A stretch of DNA of 64,000 nucleotides from an uncultured Eubacteriales bacterium (GTDB lineage Bacteria; Bacillota; Clostridia; Oscillospirales; CAG-272). Both the position numbers and the translations under genes were made by a program. The stretch covers positions 65,946 through 129,945 of the forward strand of contig CAKRTQ010000004.1 of assembly GCA_934402395.1 (NCBI GenBank), written 5' to 3'. The notes beneath the pieces were generated by a model. That model did not search any database. It was given only the letters and a program-made list of their open reading frames with translations, and was not told where the DNA came from. Positions 19,318-28,637 of this stretch are shown here, in pieces; within the stretch, counting starts at the first letter, position 1; every line of letters begins with the position of its first letter.

Positions 19318-21273
19318 ATGCTTCCCAAACTCAACGATATGCTTCCGATACCTGCGATGACGCTCACCTGCCGCACAGATGACGGCGCAGAACGCCGTTT
19401 TATCGGTGCCCTTGCGCGTCACGCGCACGTGACGATTACCGCCGCCGTCCCCAGGACCGTGGGGACGTGCGGTGCGGTGATGCGTGTTTTCCCGGATGGC
19501 GGCGACTGTTATACCGATCTTCCGTTCGAATATTCCGGCGGCGACGGTGTGACCGATATATATTCGCTTTCCCTCTCTCCCGACCGTTTTATGAACGAAG
19601 GAGAGACGGACGGACTTTATTTTTACGAATTTCTGCTTCCGCGCGGGCTTGACACGCTTTTTTCGGATACCGAAAACAATGTTGACTTCAAGCTTGTTCC
19701 GGAGAGCTGCGGCAGATTCCGTATGCTTGTGTACCTGGACGATTTTGCCACTCCCGGATGGCTCGGCGGCGGAATAATGTATCATGTTTTTGTTGATAGG
19801 TTCTGCCGTGGGGCGGGACACGCCGAATACCGCGCCGATTCCGTTATCGACAGCGACTGGAATGGCGGCGTGCCGCAGTACGCAGAACGTTCCGGGGCCT
19901 CGGTAAAGAACAACGTTTTCTTTGGCGGCAACCTGTGGGGCGTGCTTGAAAAGCTGCCTTATCTCGCTTCTCTCGGCGTTACGGTGATATATCTTTCGCC
20001 GATCTTTACCGCTGCATCCAACCATAAGTACGATACGGCGGATTATCTTCACGTCGATCCCGGATTCGGGGGAGACGAGGCGTTTTGCGCTCTGCTCGAT
20101 GCGGCGCACACCGCGGGGATGAAGATCATTCTTGACGGTGTGTTCAATCATACCGGCGACGACAGCATTTATTTTGACAGATACCGGCGCTACGGCGGCG
20201 GAGCGTGGGATGGCAGCACTTCGCCGTACCGCAAATGGTTCTTCTTCAGGGACGGCGAGGGGGACGATTCCTATGCAAGCTGGTGGGGGATACCGATCCT
20301 GCCGAAGCTCAATACATCCGAGCCATCATGCCGAGATTTTTTCATAGGCGAAGGCGGAGTCTGTGAGAAATATATAAGAATGGGCGCCGACGGCTGGCGG
20401 CTCGACGTTGCCGACGAGCTGCCCGACGAATTCCTTACCGGACTGCGTGAGCGTGTCAAGGCTGCCTCGCCCGATGCGGCGGTAATAGGCGAGGTTTGGG
20501 AGAACGCTGCGGACAAGGTGTCATACGGCAGGCGGCGGTCGTATTTCCGCGGCGGTCAGCTTGACAGTGTTATGAACTATCCGCTCCGCTCGGCTCTTCT
20601 CGGATACGCCGAATACGGAGACGCCGCGTTCCTTGCCGATGAGCTGCTTGAGATATATTCGTCATATCCGCGTCCCGCATCGGACGTGCTGATGAATATA
20701 ATCGGCACGCATGACACCGAGCGCATACTTACCCTGCTCGGCGCACCGGAAAAAGCAAGGAGTGCCGGGGGACTTTCCAACGCCGAACGCGCGGAGGTGC
20801 GGCTCAACGCCGATGAACGCAGTCGCGGACTGGCGCGGCTTCGTGTGATATCGGCAATCCAGTATGCCGTTTACGGCTTCCCGTGCGTCTATTACGGCGA
20901 TGAACGCGGTATGGAAGGGCTTGGCGATCCGTTCTGCCGCTATCCCATGGTGTGGGATGACCGGACAGAAACCGCGCTTGTGGAGCATTACCGGCGTCTT
21001 GCGGAAATAAGGAAATATCCCGTGTTCGACCGCGGCGATTTTGAACTTACGCGCGTACACGGCGGATATATCGAATTTACACGAAAAAAACACACGGCGG
21101 ACGGCGACGAATGCGTCCGTTTTGCCGCCAACCTCGGAAAAACGCCGGAGATAATGCGTATGGACGGCGCATGGCACGAGCTGTACGGCGATGAGCGCGG
21201 CATGGGCGACGTATCGGTCCCGCCGTGCGGATTTGTGTTCATCCGCCCGGCGGCGGAGAAAGGAACCGACTGA
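19318..21273 (+). CDS. GH13 alpha-amylase-family glycosidase (neopullulanase/alpha-glycosidase-like)
   Basis: GH13 regions I-IV are present: DGVFNHTG, GWRLDVADEL, IGEVWE and IIGTHDTER. An N-terminal extra domain of about 150 aa precedes them. Confidence 0.85.
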   Translation: MLPKLNDMLPIPAMTLTCRTDDGAERRFIGALARHAHVTITAAVPRTVGTCGAVMRVFPDGGDCYTDLPFEYSGGDGVTDIYSLSLSPDRFMNEGETDGLYFYEFLLPRGLDTLFSDTENNVDFKLVPESCGRFRMLVYLDDFATPGWLGGGIMYHVFVDRFCRGAGHAEYRADSVIDSDWNGGVPQYAERSGASVKNNVFFGGNLWGVLEKLPYLASLGVTVIYLSPIFTAASNHKYDTADYLHVDPGFGGDEAFCALLDAAHTAGMKIILDGVFNHTGDDSIYFDRYRRYGGGAWDGSTSPYRKWFFFRDGEGDDSYASWWGIPILPKLNTSEPSCRDFFIGEGGVCEKYIRMGADGWRLDVADELPDEFLTGLRERVKAASPDAAVIGEVWENAADKVSYGRRRSYFRGGQLDSVMNYPLRSALLGYAEYGDAAFLADELLEIYSSYPRPASDVLMNIIGTHDTERILTLLGAPEKARSAGGLSNAERAEVRLNADERSRGLARLRVISAIQYAVYGFPCVYYGDERGMEGLGDPFCRYPMVWDDRTETALVEHYRRLAEIRKYPVFDRGDFELTRVHGGYIEFTRKKHTADGDECVRFAANLGKTPEIMRMDGAWHELYGDERGMGDVSVPPCGFVFIRPAAEKGTD

Positions 21274-21611
21274 TGTTTGGAAAGCTTTTTAAACGTCTGG
21301 GATCGTCAAAGGATCCCGATTCTCCGCGCTACCGCCGCGAAATGGCGGAACGCATATGCGGAAAACGCCTCAGGTATGTGACCGAACGTCGCAACAATGT
21401 TGACGAGGTGATAGGAAGAGAGGGAAATATGAGTTTGCGCGACGGCGAGCTTATAGTCTTTTCCTCATCCGAGGTCGTTTTTCGCTGCCCGGTGGACGAG
21501 CTGAGAGCATCCGAGCTGCTGTCGAAGGACGGCGTTGTGCTCACCGGTCCCGATACCGAGCACGGCGGTGCCGAACGCACCGTTATTGCTTACTATGTTT
21601 ATTACAGATAA
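21273..21611 (+). CDS. hypothetical protein, translationally coupled to GH13 gene
   Basis: The ATG overlaps the GH13 TGA (TGATG at 21271-21275), and AAAGGA lies 9 nt upstream. I recognise no family for the product (MFGKLFKRLGSSKDPD...IAYYVYYR). Confidence 0.5.
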   Translation: MFGKLFKRLGSSKDPDSPRYRREMAERICGKRLRYVTERRNNVDEVIGREGNMSLRDGELIVFSSSEVVFRCPVDELRASELLSKDGVVLTGPDTEHGGAERTVIAYYVYYR

Positions 21612-21634
21612 GACTGAAAATTAAGGAAATAACA

Positions 21635-22402
21635 ATGAGACTTGTGGTTAAAGTGGGGACATCTACCCTGACGCATCCTACCGGATGCCTGAATATAAGA
21701 AGGATCGAGGCACTATGCAAAGTGCTCTCCGATCTCAGAAATGCGGGAAATGAAGTGATACTTGTTTCCTCCGGTGCTGTGGGAATGGGCGTCGGAAAGC
21801 TCAATCTCGGCGCGCGACCGCGCGACACCGTGGGCAAGCAGGCGGCTGCCGCCGTAGGTCAGTGCGAGCTGATGTATACATACGATAAGCTGTTCGGCGA
21901 GTACAACCGCACCGTGGCGCAGATACTTCTCACCGCCGAGGATTTCAGACAGGATACCCGTCACCTCAACTTTTCCAATACAATGGAAAGGCTGCTCTCT
22001 CTCGGTGTTATTCCCGTTATAAATGAAAACGATACGATCGCTACCGATGAGATCGAGATAGGCGACAACGACACGCTGGCGGCACTTGTTGCCGAAAGTG
22101 CGGGCGCGGGGCTTCTGGTCCTTATGTCGGACATTGAAGGGCTTTTTACAGCCGATCCGCACCGTGATCCGGACGCCAGGCTGATCCCCGAGGTGCGGAA
22201 AATAGACGATTCGGTCCTTTCTCTCGGCGGCGTAAGCGGCGCGCAGGGAACCGGAGGCATGGCTACCAAGCTCACGGCGGCGAAAATAGCGACATCTGCG
22301 GGCTGCGATATGGTGATATGCGACGGTTCGCGCCCCGAAAACCTCTATGACATCGCCGACGGAAAAAGAGTCGGCACAAGATTCTTTGCGGATAAGGAAT
22401 AA
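21635..22402 (+). CDS. proB: glutamate 5-kinase (short form, no PUA domain)
   Basis: The amino-acid kinase fold blocks are [30 protein letters not shown] and GTGGMATKL. At 255 aa it ends before a PUA domain would start. Confidence 0.9.
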   Translation: MRLVVKVGTSTLTHPTGCLNIRRIEALCKVLSDLRNAGNEVILVSSGAVGMGVGKLNLGARPRDTVGKQAAAAVGQCELMYTYDKLFGEYNRTVAQILLTAEDFRQDTRHLNFSNTMERLLSLGVIPVINENDTIATDEIEIGDNDTLAALVAESAGAGLLVLMSDIEGLFTADPHRDPDARLIPEVRKIDDSVLSLGGVSGAQGTGGMATKLTAAKIATSAGCDMVICDGSRPENLYDIADGKRVGTRFFADKE

Positions 22403-22406
22403 GAAA

Positions 22407-23672
22407 ATGACGACACACGAAATACTTCTCGGCGCGCGTGCGGCTCTGCCTGCGATAAACGCTGCCGACAGCAAAACGCTTGACCGTGCGCTGATATATA
22501 TGGCGGATGCGGTCGATGCGCACCGTTCCGATATTCTTGCGGCAAATGCCGCAGATATGGAGACGGCGGAAAAAGAGGGTAGGATATCTGCCGTTATGCT
22601 GGACAGGCTCCGCCTTGACGACAAAAGGATAGACGGTATGTGCGAGGGCATACGCGATGTTGCCGCGCTGCCGTCGCCGGTGGGCAAGGTGCTCTCGGAG
22701 GTCGTGCGCCCGAACGGACTCACGATAAGAAAGGTATCGGTTGGCATCGGCGTTATCGCGATAATTTACGAGAGCCGTCCGAACGTCACATCAGACGCTG
22801 CGGCGCTTACGGTGAAAAGCGGAAATGTATCGGTCCTCAGATGCGGACATGAAGCGGCGCGTTCGGCTGCCGCGATAGTCGCCGCACTCCGCGAGGGACT
22901 TGTGCGCGCCGGGCTTCCCGCCGAGGCTGTCAGCCTTGTTGAGGATACCACACGCGCCGGTGCGCGTGAGCTTATGGAGTCTGTGGGACTTGTCGATCTG
23001 CTTATCCCGCGCGGCGGAGCGGGGCTTATCCGCGCCTGCGTGGAAAACGCAAAGGTCCCCGTCATCGAGACAGGGACCGGCATATGTCACATTTATGTTG
23101 ACAAGGCGGCTGATTTTGACATGGCGCTTTCGATAATAGAAAACGCAAAGACATCCCGCCCGTCGGTATGCAACGCAGCCGAGGCAGTGCTCGTTCACCG
23201 CGACATCAAGGATGAATTTCTGCCCATGCTCCGCCGCAGACTCGTGCGCGAACGCGCCGAGCGCGGTGAACACACTGTTGAATTCAGATGCGACTGCGAA
23301 GCGGCTATGATAATGCGCGAGGTGCCCGCCGATGCATCGGCGTTTGATACCGAATTTCTTGATTATATACTCGCCGTAGGCGTTGTCGGCAGTGTGGACG
23401 AGGCAATAGAGCATATCGGTAAGCACTCAACGCACCATTCGGATGCTATCATTACGGAGGATAAGGCTGCGGCGGAGAGATTCGTTCGCATGGTAGACAG
23501 CGCGGCGGTCTACGTCAACGCATCAACGAGATTCACCGACGGCGGCGAATTCGGTCTCGGATGTGAGATGGGAATATCGACACAAAAGCTGCCGCCGCGC
23601 GGTCCCATGGGGCTTTGCGAGCTGACGAGCTATAAATACGTTATTACCGGCAACGGACAGATAAGGGTGTGA
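22407..23672 (+). CDS. proA: glutamate-5-semialdehyde dehydrogenase
   Basis: ALDH-type blocks IYESRPNVT and CNAAE are present, with a C-terminal [11 protein letters not shown]. The ATG at 22407 lies just after the proB stop. Confidence 0.9.
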   Translation: MTTHEILLGARAALPAINAADSKTLDRALIYMADAVDAHRSDILAANAADMETAEKEGRISAVMLDRLRLDDKRIDGMCEGIRDVAALPSPVGKVLSEVVRPNGLTIRKVSVGIGVIAIIYESRPNVTSDAAALTVKSGNVSVLRCGHEAARSAAAIVAALREGLVRAGLPAEAVSLVEDTTRAGARELMESVGLVDLLIPRGGAGLIRACVENAKVPVIETGTGICHIYVDKAADFDMALSIIENAKTSRPSVCNAAEAVLVHRDIKDEFLPMLRRRLVRERAERGEHTVEFRCDCEAAMIMREVPADASAFDTEFLDYILAVGVVGSVDEAIEHIGKHSTHHSDAIITEDKAAAERFVRMVDSAAVYVNASTRFTDGGEFGLGCEMGISTQKLPPRGPMGLCELTSYKYVITGNGQIRV

Positions 23673-23677
23673 GGAAA

Positions 23678-24499
23678 ATGAATATCGGTTTTATAGGGAC
23701 CGGAAATATGGGTGGCGCACTTGCCGCGGCAGCGGCGCGTGCTGCGGCTGCAGATGAACGTCTCGGCGGTAGGATATTGCTTTGCGACAGCGATGCATCC
23801 AAAGCGGCGGCGCTCGCCGCACGTATCGGCGGCGAGGCGGTGTCTCTCGGCGAGATATTCTCCGAAAGCGACATTGTATTTTTCGGCGTGAAGCCGCAGG
23901 GGCTTCGGGCTCTTGCCGCTGAGTCCGCAAAATCGCTTGAGAAACGCCTTTTGCACGGCGATGCACCGCTTGCCGTTACAATGGCGGCGGGGGTTGAGCT
24001 TGAAAAATTCTCGGGGTATTTTCCCGGTATTCCCGCGATACGCATAATGCCCAACACGCCGGTCTCGGTCGGGGAGGGAATGATCTTCTGGTGCGCGGGG
24101 GACGGTGTGTCCGACGCGGCACGCGTGGATTTTCTTGCCGTTATGAGCTGCGCCGGCAGGCTCTGCGAGCTGCCGGAAAAGCTCATTGACGCGGCGGGTG
24201 CGCTGTCCGGGTGCGGTCCGGCGTTCGTTTATATGTTCATCGATGCGCTTGCCGACGGCGGCGTGGCGGCGGGGCTGCCTCGCAGCGTTGCGCGCGAGGC
24301 GGCTGTACAGACCGTTCTCGGCTCGGCGGCGCTTGCCCGCGAAAGCGGACTGCACCCCGGCGAGCTGAAGGATGCGGTGTGCAGTCCCGGCGGAACGACC
24401 ATCGAGGGCGTGAGAACGCTTGAAGAGCGCGCCTTCCGTGCGGCAGTTACCGATGCCGTTATTGCGGCATATGAAAAAACGGCAAAGCTGTCGCATTGA
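23678..24499 (+). CDS. proC: pyrroline-5-carboxylate reductase
   Basis: The Rossmann motif is IGFIGTGNMGGAL, and the C-terminal block is SPGGTTIEG. The ATG at 23678 was chosen; a GTG at 23669 is an alternative. Confidence 0.9.
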   Translation: MNIGFIGTGNMGGALAAAAARAAAADERLGGRILLCDSDASKAAALAARIGGEAVSLGEIFSESDIVFFGVKPQGLRALAAESAKSLEKRLLHGDAPLAVTMAAGVELEKFSGYFPGIPAIRIMPNTPVSVGEGMIFWCAGDGVSDAARVDFLAVMSCAGRLCELPEKLIDAAGALSGCGPAFVYMFIDALADGGVAAGLPRSVAREAAVQTVLGSAALARESGLHPGELKDAVCSPGGTTIEGVRTLEERAFRAAVTDAVIAAYEKTAKLSH

Positions 24500-24518
24500 G
24501 AAAACAGGGTAAAACAAC

Positions 24519-25010
24519 ATGAATATTACCGTAAGGGAATACCGTGACAGCGATGTGGCGGACATGGTGAGGATATGGAACGAGGTCGTTGAGGACGGCG
24601 TGGCATTCCCGCAGGAGGAATACCTGACCGACATGAGCGGCAGTGAGTTTTTTGCCTCGCAGACTCACACCGCCGTTGCCGTTGACACCGACACGGGCAG
24701 CGTGCTTGGGCTTTATATACTTCACCCGAACAACATAGGGCGCTGCGGGCATATCTGTAATGCAAACTATGCCGTCAGCCGGTCGGTGCGCGGGTTCCAT
24801 ATCGGAGAAAAGCTCGTGTCCTACTCGCTTACCGAGGGTCGACGCCACGGCTTTTCGATAATGCAGTTCAACGCCGTGGTCGCATCGAATACTCACGCAA
24901 GGCACCTTTACGAGCGTCTGGGCTTTGTCGGGCTCGGAGTGATACCGGGCGGGTTCAGAATGAAAGATGGCTCATATGAGGATATTTGCCCGTATTACCG
25001 TAAGCTGTGA
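24519..25010 (+). CDS. GNAT family N-acetyltransferase
   Basis: At 163 aa it has a typical GNAT layout: IREYRDSD..IWNEVV at the N-terminus, and VRGFHIGEKLV plus ARHLYERLGF in motifs A/B. Confidence 0.75.
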   Translation: MNITVREYRDSDVADMVRIWNEVVEDGVAFPQEEYLTDMSGSEFFASQTHTAVAVDTDTGSVLGLYILHPNNIGRCGHICNANYAVSRSVRGFHIGEKLVSYSLTEGRRHGFSIMQFNAVVASNTHARHLYERLGFVGLGVIPGGFRMKDGSYEDICPYYRKL

Positions 25011-25052
25011 ATATGACCTGAATATAATTGCGTTTATTTTTTCGTCAACCTC

Positions 25053-25081
25053 TTGAAATTGCCGGGGATAAGTAGTATAAT
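25053..25081 (+). promoter_or_regulatory. sigma-A type promoter upstream of upp
   Basis: TTGAAA - 17 nt - TATAAT. Confidence 0.6.
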
Positions 25082-25116
25082 AGATTGAATCTGAAAAAGC
25101 AAGGAGTATGCAAAGA

Positions 25117-25746
25117 ATGAGTACTGTACACGTTATCGACCATCCCCTCATTACCCACAAGCTCTCTATCATGAGAAACAAAAAAACCGGTTCAAAGGAT
25201 TTCCGCGAGCTTCTGGGCGAAATTGCGATGCTCATGGGTTATGAGCTTACCCGTGATCTTCCGCTTGAGGATGTCACGATCGAAACTCCTATCACCAGGA
25301 TGAAAGCCAAAATGATATCCGGAAAAAAGCTTGCCATCGTACCTATCCTCCGCGCCGGTCTCGGCATGGTGGACGGTCTGCTTGAGCTCGTTCCCGTGGC
25401 AAAGGTCGGTCATATCGGTCTTTACCGCGACCCTGAGACCCACAACCCCGTAGAGTATTACTGCAAACTCCCCTGCGATATTGAAGACAGAATAGTCATC
25501 CTTGTCGATCCCATGCTTGCGACCGGCGGTTCTGCCTGCGATGCGCTTGCCATGCTCAAAAAGCACGGCTGCCGCAACATCCGCTTTATGGCTCTTGTCG
25601 GCGCTCCCGAGGGTGTCAAGAGAGTGCAGGAGGAGCATCCCGATGTTGACATATTCATTGCCGCTCTTGACGAGTGCCTGAACGACCACGCGTACATCAT
25701 TCCCGGACTCGGCGATGCCGGCGACCGTATTTTTGGCACAAAATAA
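25117..25746 (+). CDS. upp: uracil phosphoribosyltransferase
   Basis: The N-terminus is [16 protein letters not shown], and the PRPP loop is [13 protein letters not shown]. The ATG at 25117 lies 10 nt after AAGGAG, whereas 25108 is too close to the SD. Confidence 0.9.
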   Translation: MSTVHVIDHPLITHKLSIMRNKKTGSKDFRELLGEIAMLMGYELTRDLPLEDVTIETPITRMKAKMISGKKLAIVPILRAGLGMVDGLLELVPVAKVGHIGLYRDPETHNPVEYYCKLPCDIEDRIVILVDPMLATGGSACDALAMLKKHGCRNIRFMALVGAPEGVKRVQEEHPDVDIFIAALDECLNDHAYIIPGLGDAGDRIFGTK

Positions 25747-25848
25747 ACTTAAAAACGAAAAAGTGGGCGTTGAAAAACTCAAAAACGGGTTTTTTAACAG
25801 CCCCTTTTTTGAAAATCAGCAACAGGCGACGGAGAACGGTATTTTTAA

Positions 25849-26817
25849 ATGAGAACATTAACTGTTGGAAAAAACGATGCGGGGCAGCGGCTCGATAAAT
25901 TCCTTGCAAAAGCCGTAAAAGGAATGCCGAAGTCGTTTATGTACAAGTCGATCAGAACCAAAAAAATAAAGCTGAACCGCCATCGCGCTGAACCGGATAC
26001 GATGCTTGCGGAGGGGGACGAAATACAGCTTTTCGTCCGCGAAGAATTCTTCGGCTCGCCCGAGGATGACGGCGGTGCGCTGACGCGCATAAAGCCCGCG
26101 CTTGATGTGGTCTATGAGGATGAAAATATAATTCTTATAAACAAACGTCCGGGCGTCCTGGTCCATGAGGACGATGGAGGCAGAGACAACACTCTTCTTA
26201 TGCACCTGCGGGCATATCTTTGTCAGAAGGGTGAATACGACCCGGCGGCAGAGCAGTCGTTCGCGCCTTCCTTCTGCAACCGCATAGACCGCAACACCGG
26301 CGGCATCGTGATAGCGGCAAAAAATGCTGCGGCGCTGCGCGAGATGGATGAACGCATACGCGCCCGTGAGGTAAAAAAATTCTACCTTTGCGCCGTTCAT
26401 GGGATAATGCCGAAGCGCGCCGAGGTGCTTGAGGCATACCTTCGCAAGGATGAAAAAAACAACACCGTCAGGGTCATCGACCATCCCGCGCCCGGATATC
26501 TGACAATAAAAACCGGCTACCGCGTGCTTGCCGAACGCAACGGAGATTCTTTGCTTGAGATCGAGCTTTTTACGGGTAGAACGCACCAGATACGCGCGCA
26601 TATGGCGCATATCGGGCACCCGCTGCTCGGTGAGGGCAAGTACGGCGTGAACCGCGAGGACAGACGCGTGGGCTACCGTCATCAGGCTCTCATGTCTTAC
26701 CGTCTGAGATTCGATTTCAGCGACAGCGGCGGAGTTCTTTCCGGGATATGCGGGCGCGAGTTTTCGATTTCGCCTGCCGACGTCTGGTTCTGCGCCGATT
26801 TCGGTTATACAGGCTGA
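25849..26817 (+). CDS. RluA-family pseudouridine synthase with N-terminal S4 domain
   Basis: An S4-like N-terminus (GQRLDKFL) is followed by the catalytic block CNRIDRNTGGIV (HRLD-type Asp) and FTGRTHQIRAHMAH. Confidence 0.85.
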   Translation: MRTLTVGKNDAGQRLDKFLAKAVKGMPKSFMYKSIRTKKIKLNRHRAEPDTMLAEGDEIQLFVREEFFGSPEDDGGALTRIKPALDVVYEDENIILINKRPGVLVHEDDGGRDNTLLMHLRAYLCQKGEYDPAAEQSFAPSFCNRIDRNTGGIVIAAKNAAALREMDERIRAREVKKFYLCAVHGIMPKRAEVLEAYLRKDEKNNTVRVIDHPAPGYLTIKTGYRVLAERNGDSLLEIELFTGRTHQIRAHMAHIGHPLLGEGKYGVNREDRRVGYRHQALMSYRLRFDFSDSGGVLSGICGREFSISPADVWFCADFGYTG

Positions 26818-26825
26818 ATAGGATA

Positions 26826-28448
26826 ATGAAAAAAATATTGAACATTATTATACACCCGCGCCGTGCGTGGCTCAGGGCGGCAATGCTTGCCGTGTGCGGT
26901 GCGGTCGCGGGGCTTTGTATAACTTTTCCGACATATGCCGGCGCGTTTTTGCAGTGGTTTGCGTATATTTCTGCAGCGTGGGTGCTTTTTTCAATGTCGC
27001 GCGACGAAGCAAGGCTCCCGCGGCTGCTTTGGCGTGCATACAGGTACGGCTTTCTCTTTTTCATGGCTGAGTACCTTGTGAATTATCACTGGTTCTTTTC
27101 GTTTTATCCGCTCGATTTTACCGGCATGAGCTGCGCCTCGGCTGCCGTGGTGGTCGCAGTGGCATGGATAGGTCTTTCTTTGCTTGCATCGGTCGCAGGC
27201 GGAGCGGTTTTTCTTTTGTTCGTCGTTGCCGCACGCGGCAGAGCGGCGAAGGAGGCTCCGGCGCTGCTTCCCTTTGTCGGCGGTGCGCTGTTTGCGCTCT
27301 TTGAGTGGGTGGAGACGATAGGCTGGATGGGCGTTCCGTGGGGCAGAGCAGCTCTGGGGCAGCTTGCGTTTGACCGCGCCGTTGCCGTGCAGTCCGCATC
27401 TCTGTTCGGAAGCTATTTTGTTACCTTTCTCATCGTATCATTCTCGTTTCTGATCGCGGAGGCGGCTGTATCAGAAAAACGCGGTGCGCTTTTGCGCTGT
27501 GCGGTCGCATTGTCGCTTGCTTCGGCAAACATTGCGGGCGGCGCGGTGCTTCTCGCATTGCCGAATAAAGGGAAGAACGTAAACGTTGCGGCAATACAGG
27601 GCAACGTTTCATCGCGCGATAAATTTACGATATCTTCAGACGAAACGGTGTCAATATACGAAAAGCTCGTGCGCGAGGCGGCTGAGTCCGGCGTGGAGCT
27701 TATTGTCTGTCCGGAAAGCGCCTTTCCGTGGAATCTTCTTGTCGACGAGGCATCGCTCGGCGTTTTTCGCGGCATAGCGCGTGAATACGGCGTCAGCATC
27801 GTTCTCGGCTGTCTTGACGGTTGGGGAGATGCTCAGGAAAATATCCTTGCTCTCATGAACCCGGACGGAAGCATATCCGATGTGCGGTATTCCAAGCGGC
27901 ACCTTGTGCCGTTCGGCGAATATATGCCCTGGCGGCGCTTCCTTACAGCGGTCATTCCGCCGCTCGCCGAGATCAGTATACTTGAATACGACATAACCGC
28001 AGGTACCGGCACCGAAATAATGACGCTTGAGGGCGGTACGCGCATAGGCGGTCTTGTCTGCTTTGATTCGATATACGAGGAGCTTTCCCTTGCCTCTGCG
28101 CGCGACGGCGCCGATATGCTCGTTCTCGGCACCAACGATTCCTGGTTTACCGATTCGGCTGCCGTGTATATGCATAACGCTCAGGCGCGCCTTCGCGCCG
28201 TCGAGACCGGTCTTCCCGTTGTCCGCGCGGCAAATACCGGCATATCATCGCTCATTGACCGGAACGGCGCGGTTCACGGCACTCTTCCGCCTCTTGTGGA
28301 GGGCACGCTTGGCGGAACGCTTACGACCGGGCAGGCGTCTGTATACAGCCGCACGGGCAATCTGTTTGTTTATTTCCTGATCGCCGGATATTTTGCTGTG
28401 ATTGCTTACGGCGCGGCGCGGAATATTCTCTCACGGCGCAAAAAATAA
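26826..28448 (+). CDS. lnt: apolipoprotein N-acyltransferase-like protein (polytopic N-domain + CN-hydrolase domain)
   Basis: A multi-TM N-terminal half is followed by a CN-hydrolase half with an E/K/C triad context: VCPESAFP (E 27714-27716), KRHLVPFGEYMP (K 27894-27896) and GLVCFDSIY (C 28059-28061). The ATG at 26826 is MKKILN. Confidence 0.75.
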   Translation: MKKILNIIIHPRRAWLRAAMLAVCGAVAGLCITFPTYAGAFLQWFAYISAAWVLFSMSRDEARLPRLLWRAYRYGFLFFMAEYLVNYHWFFSFYPLDFTGMSCASAAVVVAVAWIGLSLLASVAGGAVFLLFVVAARGRAAKEAPALLPFVGGALFALFEWVETIGWMGVPWGRAALGQLAFDRAVAVQSASLFGSYFVTFLIVSFSFLIAEAAVSEKRGALLRCAVALSLASANIAGGAVLLALPNKGKNVNVAAIQGNVSSRDKFTISSDETVSIYEKLVREAAESGVELIVCPESAFPWNLLVDEASLGVFRGIAREYGVSIVLGCLDGWGDAQENILALMNPDGSISDVRYSKRHLVPFGEYMPWRRFLTAVIPPLAEISILEYDITAGTGTEIMTLEGGTRIGGLVCFDSIYEELSLASARDGADMLVLGTNDSWFTDSAAVYMHNAQARLRAVETGLPVVRAANTGISSLIDRNGAVHGTLPPLVEGTLGGTLTTGQASVYSRTGNLFVYFLIAGYFAVIAYGAARNILSRRKK

Positions 28449-28497
28449 AACAGCGGATCCCGCACGGTCGCCGTGGTGAAAGCCGCAATATCATTAC

Positions 28498-28526
28498 GTA
28501 TATTTTTCCCGCTCCCATCATATGAT
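28498..28526 (+). promoter_or_regulatory. candidate sigma-E type (mother-cell) promoter upstream of spoIVA
   Basis: GTATATT - 14 nt - CATATGAT, compared with the sigma-E consensus I remember (kmATATT - about 14 nt - CATACAhT). It lies about 110 nt upstream of the spoIVA ATG. Confidence 0.35.
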
Positions 28527-28637
28527 TGAACTGAAAAGACGCACGCCGTCAGCGGTCAGCATCAGAGGGGAGCGGGATGCTTTTTCCTTTGCGCGCCGCT
28601 GTCTCTGTGCAGACAGTAATGAAAGGAAAAGCTTTTT

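Noticed and set aside
19210-24634. Several 300-345-aa minus-strand ORFs (19210..20151, 21713..22747, 23630..24634)
   Set aside because: All are antisense to the GH13, proB/proA and proC genes, which have strong family motifs. They are composition-driven open frames.
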